Counted from the stretch's first letter, positions 23,836-36,602 are shown. The stretch is DNA of 64,000 bases from Octopus vulgaris (GCA_951406725.2 OX597833.1:40238001-40302000), one strand, 5' to 3'. The notes: generated by a model from the letters alone, not told the origin. Numbers and translations are program-made.

Positions 23836-23984
23836 AATTATGTTTATAAAGAGATTCTTTTAGGGTTATTTCATCGATATAGTGGCTGGAGAGAGAAAAA
23901 TAACTTTCATTAAACTGAAAAATCTGTTATTGGTTTTTGTTATATTGCTACAGAATTTCACCTGCTTGTGTGTGTGTTCACATA

Positions 23985-24229
23985 TATCATCATCATTATT
24001 TGTTGTCATCATCATCATTGTCATCATCGTCATCATCATAATCATCATTGTCATCGTCATCGTCATCATCATCATCATCATCATCATTGTCATCGTCGTC
24101 ATCATCATCATCATCATCATCATCGTTGCCATTGCCCACCGCTATCATCGCCATCATCATCGTTGTTATTGTTGTCGTTATCATCATCATCATAATCATC
24201 ATATCCTCATCATCATCACTGTAATCATC

Positions 24230-24261
<32 letters not shown>

Positions 24262-24322
24262 AATCATTGCCGTTGTCGTCACTGTAATCATTGTCGTCGT
24301 CGTCATCATCATCATCATCATT
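23985..24322. repeat. (CAT/CGT)n trinucleotide tract, followed by a decayed RTE 3' end
   Basis: Visible directly. Confidence 0.9.
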
Positions 24323-25039
24323 CAACAGCCATGTTCCATGAGCTACATGGTTTGACAAGGATCCAATGAGTTAAGGACTGCATTGAGATCCTATGTCTAT
24401 AGCTGTATGCCCTTCCTAATGCCAATCACTTTATACAGCGTACACACAGGGACACACAGGGTGCTTTTTTCATGACACCAGCACTACTGAGGCCACCATG
24501 GAGCTTGTAGCTCACAAGTCAACAAACCCAAGGAGGGAGGATGTTGCATCTTTATGTTAGGTGGGGGTTAAGATATGTGGGAGGAGAGGCTGGGGTATAG
24601 CAGGTACTTATTGTAGAGGAGCTACATGGCTATCCACATTTATGAGAGAATGTGAGAATGAATTAGAAATATCTCCAAGGAAGTAGGCAGTGGTGATGAG
24701 GTGTTAAGGTTGCAGGAGCAGTAGTGAATAAACGGGGAGTGGGGGATTGCAAAATTGTGTGGGGGTAGAGATAAGTTGAAGGAGGTAGGCAATATCTGTA
24801 AAGAATGCGGAAGGATTGTGGGGAGGAGTGCATGAGTTGGGGAGGCTACAGGGATACTAGCAATATCCCTGCCACATTTTAATTTAAAAACATGCTGCTA
24901 TCTGCCATGCAAATTTTTGGAAGGGATTGAATATACTATGAGTACACCTTCCCAGGAGAGAGTCCTAACTAAAAATAAGCCAAGACAAAACAGCAACATA
25001 TATACACTGCCCATCGTCCCAATCAGAAGTTAAAATTCA

Positions 25040-25270
25040 TGACTGCAGCTTTATGTGGTGTATGAAAGCACATGTAGCAGATGCTACATCAAAAATACCA
25101 TCAGACAAGTACATATATGGATTAAGGAACACCTCTGGCTCATGTTTCTTCCATCAAGATATCTACAGAAATGCCACTCTCAAGATATCCATGTTTCCAT
25201 TGAAGCTACAGAAAGCAACTTTGGGAACTTGAGAATAAGAGACGTTCACCATCTATTAAAACAGAGTGAA
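25040..25270 (+). pseudogene. Penelope-like GIY-YIG endonuclease remnant
   Basis: VVYESTCSRCYIKNTIRQVHIWIKEHL resembles VVY.I.C..C...YIG.T.R....RIKEH; highly decayed. Confidence 0.6.
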
Positions 25271-25462
25271 GTTGCATGCATCTGATTTAGTTCCTATAGT
25301 AATGCATATCAAATACACTAAAGAACCAAGAAGTCAGCGAATAACTTTTCTCCAAAAATTTCCAGAGGAAGGGATCCTAACTATGAAATATTGAAATACC
25401 AGGCAATATTATCAACCTGTTTAATTTTGCAGGTTGCAGTGTTTTGTCTTTAAAAACAAATA

Positions 25463-25673
25463 TCATCGTTTAACGTCCGCTTTCCATGCTAGCATGGGTT
25501 GGACGATTTGACTGAGGACTGGCGAACTAGATAGCTGCACCAGGCTCCAATCTTGATCTGGCAGAATTTCTACAGCTGGATGCCCTTCCTAACGCCAACC
25601 ACTCCGAGAATGTAGTGGGTGCTTTTACATGCCACTGGCATGAGGGCCAGTCAGGTGGTACTGGCAACGGTTG
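25463..25673 (-). mobile_element. RTE 3' terminal fragment
   Basis: catcgtttaacgtccgctttccatgctagcatgggttggacg family end. Confidence 0.9.
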
Positions 25674-25816
25674 CAAAATATATATATATATAAAATTAAA
25701 AGCAGAAAGAGAGTGAGAGAACAATATGAAATTTTAAAAAGTCTTTGGTCCAGTATTATATATTTTAAAAAATGAATAGAAATGGGTTTTCTGATAACTT
25801 TTGCACTTTAATAAAA

Positions 25817-27175
25817 CACTAGTCAATAAGCATTTTCAGCAAGCATATGTTAAGGTGTACCTAGTGTAGTTTTTAATGCTAATATCAAATATACAATTAG
25901 TTTTTTGAAATCAGGTACAGTTTTCAAGATGAGAAAGTTTTGGGGTTTTAGCTCATACATTATACAGAAATTCCAATTAATGACGTGTATGCATGTATTT
26001 CATTTACAACATGGAAACATAACTTTAAAATAAACTACATTATTTATTGATGCGTAGTTCAGATGCAATATTTCATCATCTTAAATTAACCAATCAAGTT
26101 TTGTCCGATGAAATAGGTATTTCAACATTTCAAATTGTCCAGTCATAATTGGTCTGATGAAATATTTCATCATCTCAAATTCAATACAAGTATAACCATT
26201 TGTTTGTTTTACAGTGTTAACAATGTCGAGACAGTGTAGAAATCGTCCTGATGTGTTTTGTTATGTCTGTGGACAATTTATTGTGAAAGCTCAAAAACAT
26301 ACAATAACGCTAGAGATTAAGAAGATTTATAAGCTATACATTCACTGCCCTCTTGGAGATCAGGACAAATTATGGGCACCACATTTTATCTGCTCAGCTA
26401 ATTCAAATGGTTTATGTGACTGGTTCAATAAGAACAAGAAGTCCATGCCTTTTGCCATTCTAATGATATGGAGGGAGCCAAAAGACCATTTTAAAGACTG
26501 TTATTTTTGCAAAGTAAATGTCACAGGATTTTCTATGAAGAATAAACACAAAATTGTGTATCCCAATTTGGATTCTGCAACGAGACCTCTGCCTCACAAT
26601 GGAGGTCTGCCAATTCCAGTTCCAGCAGATGATGGTATTAAATCATCAAATGATGATGCTGACTGTCACAATAGTGCTGCTGAGGAAGATTATGTGACTC
26701 TTGATGATAGCTTTGAACCTCAGAAATTTTCCCAAGCTGAACTGAATGACTTTGTCAGAGGCCTATTCCTTTGAAAAGACAAACCAGAATTGTAGGCGTC
26801 AAGACTGAAGGAGAAAGCACAGTGTTCGTATAATTTATTTTCAGTAGAGAAATGTGGTTCTACAAATGTGTTTTTCTGTTGAAGGTCCATTTTGCTTTTG
26901 CAGTAACATTGATGAACTTTTTTAATGTTTATTACAAAATCATGATCGTACAGAGTGGTGTTTGTTTATTGACTCTTCAAAACGAACTTTAAAAGCTGTA
27001 CTTCTTCATAATGGTAATTTGAAACCCTCCATTATTATTGCATACTCTGTTCATCTATGAATCATATGAAAATATGGAACTTTTACTTCGTGTCATTGCC
27101 TATGAAAGATACTCATGAAAAATATGTAGAGATTTAAAAGTCATTGGAATGCTAATGGGAATGCAGTCGGGTTTC
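25817..27175 (+). mobile_element. Probable Chapaev3 (CMC) DNA transposon, 3'-truncated
   Basis: Putative CAC 5' terminus at 25817; transposase remnant downstream; ends abruptly in a family K SINE; no right TIR seen. Confidence 0.65.
26223..27175 (+). pseudogene. Chapaev3-like transposase, disrupted
   Basis: MSRQCRNRPDVFCYVCG...DQDKLWAPHFIC...MIWREPKDHFKDCYFC (Chapa-type Zn finger), then after stops and frameshifts EWCLFIDSSKRTLKAVLLHNGN and ICRDLKVIGMLMGMQSGF. The family call is from motif recall. Confidence 0.75.
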
Positions 27176-27551
27176 AAATTCCACCAAGGTCAACTTTGCT
27201 TTTCATTCTTTCGGGGTCAATAGATTAAGTACTAGTTGTGTACTGGGGTCAACCTAATCAACTAGCCCCTCCCCAAAAATTTCGGGCTTTGTGCCTAGAG
27301 TAGAAAAGATATATTAGTATTGTAAGGTGGCGAGCTGGCAGAAACATTAGCATGCCAGGCAAAATGCTAAGCAGTATTTCATCTGCCTTTATGTTCTGAG
27401 TTCAAATTCATCTGAGGTCGACTTTGCCTTTAATCTTTTCAGGACTCATAAATTAAGTACCAGTTGCATGCTGAGGTCAATCTAATTGAATGGTCCCCTC
27501 CCCCAAAATTTCAGGCTTTGTGCCTAGAGTAGAAAAGAATATATTATTATT
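27172..27551 (+). mobile_element. Two tandem family K SINEs
   Basis: A 5'-truncated copy followed by a full copy starting aaggtggcgagctggcagaa at ~27324. Confidence 0.9.
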
Positions 27552-27877
27552 TTATGACATAAGGAGACTGGATATAAGGTAAAGAGAAAGAAAGGAGTAG
27601 AGAGAGAGAGAGAGTATCTGAAAGACAGATGGATATTGACAAAGAAAAATTAAGAAAAAACAGACAGATAGACAGACAGAAAGAAAGAGAAAGGGAGAAA
27701 GAGAAAGAGAGAGAGGGAGGGAGAAAGAGAGAGAGAAAGGGAGAGAGAGTGAGAGAAAGGGAGACAGAGTCTGTGTATGTGCATGTGTGCTAAGTTTGTG
27801 GGTTGTGTGTGTCATGTTGTGTGCATGTATGTCATCTTTTTAAGCCAACCATCTCACACGAACTTCCCTACCAGCAC

Positions 27878-28625
27878 AGGCAGGCATGGCTGTGTGGTAA
27901 GAAGTTTACTTCCCAACCACATGGTTCCGGGTTCAGTTCCACTGCATGGCACCATGGGCAAGTGTCTTCTACTATAGCCTTGGGTCAACCAAAGCCTTGA
28001 GAGTGGATTTGGTAGACAGTTTCTGTCTACCATATATATATGGGGGGGTGAAGGCGCATGGCTCAGTGTTTAGAGCCTCAAGCTTACAATCGTGAGGTTG
28101 TGAGTTCAAATCCCGGACCAGGCTGCATGTTGTGTTCTTGAGCAAGACACTTTATTTCACGTTGCTCCAGTTCACTCAACTGTAGAAATGAGTTGCGACG
28201 TTACAGGTGCCAAACCGAATCGGCCTTTGCCTTTCCCTTGGATAACACTGGTGGCGTGGAGAGGGGAGGCCGGTATGCATGGGTGACTGCTAGTCTTCAT
28301 AAACAACCTTGCCGAACTGGTGCCCGAGAGGGTAACTTTCTAGGTGCAATCCTATGGTCAGTCATGACCGAAGGGGATCTCAACAGTATATAATATATAT
28401 ATTTATGAGTGTGTGTCTATGTTTCTCCCCCAACCCAGCCATCGCTTGGCAGCGATGTTAGTGTGTTTATGTCCCTGTATCTTAACGGTTCGGCAAAAGA
28501 TACCGATAGAATAAGTACTAGGCCTTAAAAAATAAGTCCTGGAGTCGATTTCTTCGACTATTTCCCCTTAAGGTGATGCTCCAGCTCGGCCGCGGTCAAA
28601 TGACCGAAAAAAGTATAAAAATAAA
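27878..28625 (+). mobile_element. Family A SINE with a family C SINE (28049-28380) nested in its internal microsatellite
   Basis: A head at 27878-28020; C element starts gaaggcgcatggctcagtg; the A 3' half resumes at ~28410. Confidence 0.85.
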
Positions 28626-29399
28626 ATATATATTTACATATTATGAATTGCCATAGGAGATAACTCCCGTTCCTTTAAGAGAGTTATCTCCCTTGAAAAC
28701 AAAATTTTGTCAAACTTTCAAAACAGAGCGTGATTTAGGACAGTAGACAAGGACGAGCAAAATCTGGCTTTGGGACAAGGAAGCGAGAATGGTGGTTAAC
28801 ACTTAGGAAATATTTTGAAGGATGGAGAACGGAGAGACAGAGTATTTGCAACTGGTCTACTAAGGGACCAGTGTAAGAAGGGAAGGAAAAGGAGAACTGG
28901 CCACAGTTCATGTGACAACAGCAGGCAGAGGAGGAAGACAGCAAGAAAGAGTGATAGAGGGAAAAAGGAAAGGGATGACGGGAAAGGAGAAAGGCTAGGA
29001 GTACACGAGGGAGAGAGGGAGAAAAGGAGTAAGTAGAAAGGTTAGAACAGAAGTGTGAAGGTGAGAGGAAGAAAAGGTGAAACAATGAAGGCAAGAGAGA
29101 GAGAGAGTCACACTGGTATATAGAAAAACTTACTTGTGAATACAAATTTGGTGTGTGTTGCATCCCATTACTTAATAAATGATAAAATGTATGGTAAGTA
29201 AACAAACAATGTGTACGGAATATAAAAATGAACAGAAGACAAACTGAAGATCCGTAGTTCTTCACCAGTTCTCGACCAATTGGTAATATTCAGTTTTGCA
29301 CCTATAACGATAAGATTGAGTGCTTCCCAATTGGTGGTGCCTGCAAAAAGAGTTTTCTGTTGAAGAATTGGGGACAAGAGCAAATGAAACAACATAGCA

Positions 29400-29447
<48 letters not shown>

Positions 29448-29531
29448 AGAATTTGCAAAAAAACAAAAGATGGAGACGGATGTGTAAACAACAAACAGAT
29501 GTATTAGTTTAACGTTCAGGAAGTGAGAAAG

Positions 29532-29569
29532 TCTTTTACGTTTCGAGCATACACTCTTCAACAGAAATA
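29532..29569 (-). ncRNA. Minimal hammerhead-like motif, non-canonical core
   Basis: UAUUU-CUGUUGA-A-GAGU(GUAU)GCUC-GAAA-CGU-A-AAAGA. Confidence 0.4.
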
Positions 29570-29652
29570 AACAGTGAGTGAAAAAAGAAAAGGTTTAGTG
29601 ACTAGTGATCTATCATGGCGGATGCCCGACAGAGGGGTCACACAATATATAT

Positions 29653-29690
<38 letters not shown>

Positions 29691-29691
<1 letters not shown>

Positions 29692-29958
29692 GCGCAATGG
29701 CCTAGTGGTTAGGGCAGCGGACTCGCGGTCGCAGGATCGCGGTTTCGATTCCCAGACCGGGCGTTGTGAGTGTTTATTGAGCGAAAACACCTACAAAGCT
29801 CCATGAGGGGGTGGGTGATCCCTGCTGTACTCTTTCACCACTCTTTCTGTTGGCCTGCTCGCTTAGCCAGCGGGGTGGCGTCATTCGAAGGCTAAAACAA
29901 TGCGAACGCATTGTGACCAGCGATGTGTAACATCTGATGGTCTGGTCGGTCACGTGAT
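29691..29958 (+). mobile_element. tRNA-derived SINE (family D), young
   Basis: A-box TGGCCTAGTGG, B-box GGTTTCGATTCC, CpGs retained, no tRNA 3' acceptor strand. Confidence 0.9.
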
Positions 29959-29976
29959 ATATATATATATATATAT

Positions 29977-29977
<1 letters not shown>

Positions 29978-30009
<32 letters not shown>

Positions 30010-33000
30010 GTCGTTGTCGTAATTTAACGTCTGCTTTCCATGCTGGCATGGGTTGGACGTTTTGACTGAGGCCTGGCAAGCCAGAAGGCTGCATCAGGCT
30101 CCAATCCGGTCTGGCAATGTTTCTACAGTTGGATGCCCTTCCTAACGCCAACTACTCCGAGAGTGCAGTGGGTGCTTTTTACGTGCCACCAGCACGAATG
30201 CCAGTCAGTACTGGCATCAGCCATGCTTTAATGGTGCTTTTTATGTGCCACCGGCATGGGAGCCAGTCAGGCGGCACTGGCAATGATCATGCTCAAATTG
30301 CGCTTTTTACATGCCACTGGCACTGGACCAGTTAGGTGGCACTGGCATTGACCACGCTCGAATGGTGCTTTTTATGTGCCACCGGCATGGGTACCTATCA
30401 GACAGTACTATCATCGGTCATGACAACGACTTCACTTGACTCAACAGGTCTTCACAAGCGCAGTTTATTGCCCAATGATTGAAGGGTACTTTTCAATGGG
30501 CTGGTTATGCTGCACTGGCATTGGCCACGGTTGCGATCTCACTTGGCTTGCTGAGTCTTCTCAAGCACAGCATATCTCCAAAGGTCTCTGTCACCTGTCA
30601 TCATCTCGGTGAGACCCAGCGTTCGAAGGTCGTGCTTCAACACCTCATCCCAGGTTTTCCTAGGTCTACCTCTTCCATGGGTTCCCTCTACTGCTAGGGT
30701 GTGACACTTTTTCACACAGCTGTCCTCATCCATATGCAACACATGACCATACAAGCGCAGTCATCTCTCTTTCACACCACATCTAATGCTTCTTATGTTC
30801 AACTTTTCTCTGAGGGCGCTGACACTCTGTCATATATGCACACTGACATTACACATCCAACGGAGCATACTAGCTTCATTCCTTGAAAGCTTATGCATGT
30901 CCTCAGCAGTCACGGCTCATGTTTCCCTGCCATGTAGCATGGCTGTTCACACACATGCATCATACAGTCTTCATTCTATTCTGAGGAAGAGGCCCTTTGT
31001 CACCAGCAGAGGTAGGAGCTCTCTGAACTTTGCCCAGGCTATTCATATTCTTGCAGCTACACTCTCAGAGCAACCACTCCTGCTACTGACTTGGTCACCT
31101 AGGTAATGGAAGTTATCAACTACCTCTAGTTTTTACCCCTGGAATGTAACAGAAGTTGTTTTCTGGACATTTTCAGTGTTTACTGCTCCTGAGCATTTGC
31201 CACACACAAAAACTAACTTCCCGGTTAGCCTTCCTTTGATATTACTGCACCTCTTATTTGTCCATGGTTTACACCAGGTACATCTTATAGAGTTTCTACC
31301 TACGCCTTTTCTACAGACCAAGCAGGGCCATCTACTTGAAGGGATTTGTGATATGTCTGCCTTCCTACTTATTAAGACTTTGGTTTTTGCTAGATTCACT
31401 CTAAGACCCTTCGATTGTAGACCTTGCTTTCACACCTAAAACTTCTCTAGTTCTAATAGTGACTCAGCTGTGAGAGCAAGGTCATCAGCATAGAGAAGCT
31501 CCCAGGGGCATCCTGTCTAGAATTCCTCTGCTATTGCCTGGAGGACTATGATGAATAAGAGGGGGCTGAGGACTGATCCTTGGTGGAACCCACCTCTACC
31601 TGGAATTCTTCACTGTACTCGTTGCCAACCCTTACCTTACTGACAGCATCCCTGTACATGATTTGTACAGCTCTCACTAACCACTCATCTATCCCTAGTT
31701 TCCACACTGACCACCAGATAAGGGATAGGGGGACCCTGTCAAAGGCTTTCTCCATGTCAACGAATGCCAGGTACAGAGGTTTATCTTTGGCTAGGCATTT
31801 CTCCTACAGCTGTCTTACCAGAAATAGAGTATCAGTGGTGCCTTTCCCTGGCACGAACCCAAACTACATCTCATCTAGATTGACTCTCTCCCTAATTAGT
31901 TGGGCTATGACCCTTTCCATGACTTTCATTACCTAATCCAACAACTTGATACCTCTGTAATTATTCGTATCTAATGCATCACCTTTACCTTTGTAGCAGT
32001 TGGCTATGGTGCTGCTACACCAGTCATTGGGTATGATACCTTCATGTATAAACCTGATTGACTATACGGGTGACTAGATTTCATTTTGCAACCTTTCTTG
32101 ATGGCATCCCCAAGTTTCTTTCCTTGCAGCCTCATTAAATGCAAGTGAGCCATCATCCATGCAGACATATTTCTCTCCTATGACATCACAATTCTCTCTC
32201 ACACACTGTCTTGCAACACGAAACACTACAAGTCTTTGGTCCTCATGACACAGAACATTGGCAAATTTTGTCTTATCTGCTTCCCTTCTGGCTAAATAAA
32301 CCTGTCTCCTAGCTTCTCCTCTGGCAATCTGATACAATTCCCTGCCACCACCGTTCTTCCAGTCCTTCCATGCCTGTTTTTTTTTCCCTAATGGCCCTGT
32401 CAACTACATTGTTCCACTACTACATTACCTTGAGTCGAGAGGGGACTTTACACCATCCACAGATTTGACCAGTATCCCTCAACAGGTTGTCCCGTAGATA
32501 ACCCCAGCTGTCTTCCACATCATGTGATGCTATATCCCCCTCTATTTTGTCAAAAGCTTCAAGTAATACATCTTTAAATTTGCAGGATCCTTAAGCTTTC
32601 AGACCCTTCTCCTCCATGCTGGCAGTCTTCTGGGCATCTATTTAGCCCTGATCCTGAAGTCGCTAACTACTAATCTATGTTGAGGGGTGCATTCTTCACC
32701 TGGGAAGGTTTTGGCATTTATAAGTAGCCATCTTTCCCATTTCCTGGCAAGGATGTAATCAATTTGACTTGTGTGTCCACCAGATAGGTAGGTGAATAGG
32801 TGGCTGGCTGGCTGGTTTCCTGAAGTTAGTATTACAAACCATATGATCATTTGCATTGGAGAACTTCAGCAGCCTGGTTCCCTCCTCATTGCAGGAACCA
32901 AAACCATAGCCTCTATGTGTGCCATGGAAGCCCTCTGCATGTTGTCTAACATACCCACTGAGGTCGCCAGCTACAAAGTGAAGGTCCCTGTCATTCAACG

Positions 33001-33475
33001 ATAAGGTAGTCAGCTAGAGGGTGTAATAAGATCAGTCTTTCTGTTCATCAGATATCCCCGGCTGAGATAATGGTTGCTAAACCATGTTGCAGCACTAATC
33101 TAATCTAAGTATTCTTTCACAGACTCTGACTACCTCGATTACCTTATCAACCCATTTCTCTGCAAGAAGTATACCCACGCCTCCAACTCCATCAATGTTC
33201 CTTGCCCAGAAAATATTATACCTATGTTCTTTGCCTGTGAGGAACCTAGCAGAACTTCCTCTCCACCTTACTTTTTGGAGGCAGCACAAATCTATACATC
33301 TCCTTCAAGCAGCTCAACAATCTTACCAGACCTACCTTTCAGTGTGCCAACCCTCAGGGTGTGGGACGTGTGGGCCCATGAAACCCTGGGATGGGGGACA
33401 GCAGCATCATGTACCCAAAAAGAAAGCTCACATTTGGCAGAACTCATAAACATGCAATAGCCTTCAACCTGCATT
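29978..33475 (-). mobile_element. Near-full-length decayed RTE LINE (APE + RT + PHD-like finger)
   Basis: APE motifs CCLQKVRWRG, GVGILLAEKW, VAGDL, QIDYIL, PQHRLVV; RT motifs MEKAFDRVP and ELLYADD (~31480-31500); C-terminal YGHVLHM..GRGRPRKTWDEV; (GAT)n tail; many stops and frameshifts. Confidence 0.95.
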
Positions 33476-33804
33476 ATGCGCTACATAATCACTACATTAC
33501 ATAGGAGATAAACCCTAAGTATGGATGGGGGAACATTAAGCCTTTGGAGGTGTTCATTGGAGAGACATCTGATAGAGGTTAAAGGATAGAGACTTCCAGC
33601 ACAGGTGGTGGGGATAGGAAGGGCAGGTGCACTGCAAAACAGCAAAAATTCAGGCTGCCGGTGTGAGAAAATATTGATGATATTAATGAGATAGAGTTGG
33701 GCATTTGAATTCTTAACTAGAGCTATGACCAATATATATATATTAAGAAGATAAGAAAATAGAGAGATAATTAAAAATTATTTATCAATTAAAAAATTAG
33801 ACAT

Positions 33805-33892
33805 CATCTCTGACAGATGTTTCGATTCCAAACCTTTAGAAATTAATTACCATAATTAAAGCCATTTAAAAGTCGAATCTCATCAGAGTTGG
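33805..33892 (-). ncRNA. Type I hammerhead ribozyme-like motif, probably Penelope-associated
   Basis: CUGAUGA (33880-33886), stem II GAUUC/GAAUC closing a long insert, GAAA-CA(UC)UG-UC; stem I is weak. Confidence 0.55.
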
Positions 33893-34021
33893 TTAAAGAT
33901 ATACAATTGGGTGTTCATATTCCTGTTTGTTGAGTATATGGCTCCAAACCGTTAACTGATAAAATTTATATTTAAAGAACATGGTATAAACCTTACAAAG
34001 GGGGTATATATATATATATAC

Positions 34022-34070
<49 letters not shown>

Positions 34071-34857
34071 CACATACACAAACACTAAAAGTATAAGGAG
34101 ACAGAGTCAATTTTCTTCACCCTGAGATGTATCATTATTACTAAATGACAATTGCAGCCAGTTCCACTTGAGAAAGGAAGAAAATGACAAGATTCAAGAA
34201 TTCTCTCTGTCTCTCTCTCTCTGCTTTACATGCATGCATGCATGCATGCATACATGCATACATGCATACATACATACATACATACATACATACATACATA
34301 CATACTAGTCACACGCGTGGCTGTGTTGTTGAAAAACTTGCTCTCTGATCATTTGGTCTTAGGTTCAGTCTCACTGCACAGCACCTTGAGCAAGTGTCTT
34401 CTCCTATAGCCCTGGGCCGACCAAAACCTTGAGAGTTGACTTGGTTGACATGAATTGAAAAAAGCCCATGGTGTGTATATATATATATATGCGTGATTGC
34501 GTGTTTGGTTCCTACTTTCCTTACCAAACGGTGTTGGTCTGTTTCGTCCTTGTGACTGGCTATTACAACGAAAGAACCGGATAATTATTAGTTCCAGGCG
34601 TTAAAGGGATAAAAAAAATAATTAATACTGGCCGTTGTCCAGTGACTGATACAAGTATGTTTAAAAGGTCATCACAGGATGTAGGTGAATGTGTGAGTAT
34701 GCGTGCATTACATAGTTTATCTAATTCGGACAAGGGAAGTAATCTCACCATGGTAAAATAAAGGGAGGTAACTCTAAATATTTGTCGTTCAAAATGTTAG
34801 CTACATCGTATGTTTATATCAATTCGTTCTATGCATTACTTGTATGTTATGTCTGTA

Positions 34858-35076
34858 CAGTAATCCTTCGACCATCTCGGGTGTTACGTTCCAAAACTTA
34901 CCGCGATAGGTGAAAATCTGCGAAGTAGAAACAGCACTGTACTGTATTTTTTTATTATTTTTATAATTTTTATATGTTTATTTTATTATGAATGCAAAAC
35001 AACGCCACGGAGGAATCGGTGTAAGCTTAACTAATAAACCGCGATAGGTGAACTGCGAGATGGCGAGGTATTACTG
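34858..35076. mobile_element. pogo/Tigger-like MITE
   Basis: TA flanks; TIRs cagtaatccttcg / cgaggtattactg; internal repeat ccgcgataggtgaa near both ends. Confidence 0.8.
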
Positions 35077-36602
35077 TATTTGTAGAAGGCCGGCTAAACT
35101 GTTAAACCATAAACAAAAACAGAAAAAAACAGCCTGCTGGGTGTTAACAACTGTGTAAGAAAACGAATAGGACAAAAAAAATTTCGCAAACGAACCTGTG
35201 GGGTGGGGAGAGGACTTTCGGAAAATTCACAAGATCCGATTTTTCCGTCATAACTTTCGGAAAATGGATATATATTGTTTTTTTTTTGTTGTTTTTTGGG
35301 GGGGGTGGGGTTACGGAATCCTACCTTTTTGGTTATGGAGGATCCAATTCTGAAAACAAATTTTCAAAAGTCGCATTCACAAAACTTCAATTCCACCCCC
35401 TCCCCTCTTCATTTTTCATTTTTTTCCGGAATATTTTTTTTTCTTTTGCGAAATACGTAGAAAAATAGATTAGGATTCTGAACATAATTTGTTTCTAAAA
35501 TTTCAATCTTTTAACAAGCAATAAACATTGCCTACAATAGACCCAAAAGTGGTGCCGCCCCCATAAAAAGTTCCTCACTCTAGGTACGCTAGTGTCTCTA
35601 TGTATAATTAATCGTTATATATATGGCGTTAGCCAAACTGAACATCCCCTCCTTCAAAGGCAACGCACATTCGACAACAACAAACATATACGTATTTCGT
35701 GAGGCCGCCCTGTGCAGTCTATGCACCTCCACACCACGCCACTGACATCTTGCCTATACTTTGCTTTGATAACATCAAGACATGTCTGCAATTGATTATT
35801 ATTATTATGATTATAGCAAACAATTGATGAAACCGCGAAGTGAGCTTTAAATATTCAATTCAAAGGACTTATGAATTAAGGGAAACCAGTATAAGCGCTA
35901 TTACTAATATCTTAATATCATCAGTAACTTTAAGTAATTAATTTCGTTGGTTAATTATCTAAAAATATGCCCATTTTCCACGCCTACCCAAATGACTGAA
36001 ACAAGTAAAAGAATGTAATTACGTGTAATTAGATTTGTGATGGTCATTAACTGCTGATCGAGCAGCACTGACTTAACATAGGGCTTGTCTTGGACATTTC
36101 AAACCAAGAGATTTCTTCCAATCAGAATAAAAAGAATCGGCTCTGTTACTGAACTGATATTTTATCTATTGATTCCGGAAACATGAAAAGTAACTTTGAA
36201 CTTGGTAGGAGTCGCAACGAATACTGGAAGGCATTCTATCGGGTTGTATTAATAACTCTGCCGGTTCCTTGCTTTATTCGCAAATAATAAATTTAACAAA
36301 ACAAAAGACAAAGAAGGGAAATAACTCTTTAGTATTTACCAAAAGTAAGCAAACACAAGCTAAAACAAAAGACGTAACTCTTTAAAAATCATTTAGTGAC
36401 CTTTGTTATAATTGCGCAATTGACTCGCTGCGAAAATAAGGTTAATATAAAGATCTTCACCCGTTAACAAAAACAACAACAAAAAACGAGCCTGCTGGGT
36501 GTTAACAACTGTGCGGAAAACGAATATGAAAAAAAATTGCGCAAACGAACCTGAGTGGGGGCATTTTTCCGTTATAACTTTCAGGAAAATGGATATATAT
36601 TG

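Noticed and set aside
28735-29265. 176-aa ORF
   Set aside because: Driven by purine/pyrimidine strand bias and low complexity; similar artefact at 44485-45025.
29691-29765. tRNA gene
   Set aside because: A and B boxes are present, but there is no acceptor stem and it runs into a SINE body found elsewhere in the window.
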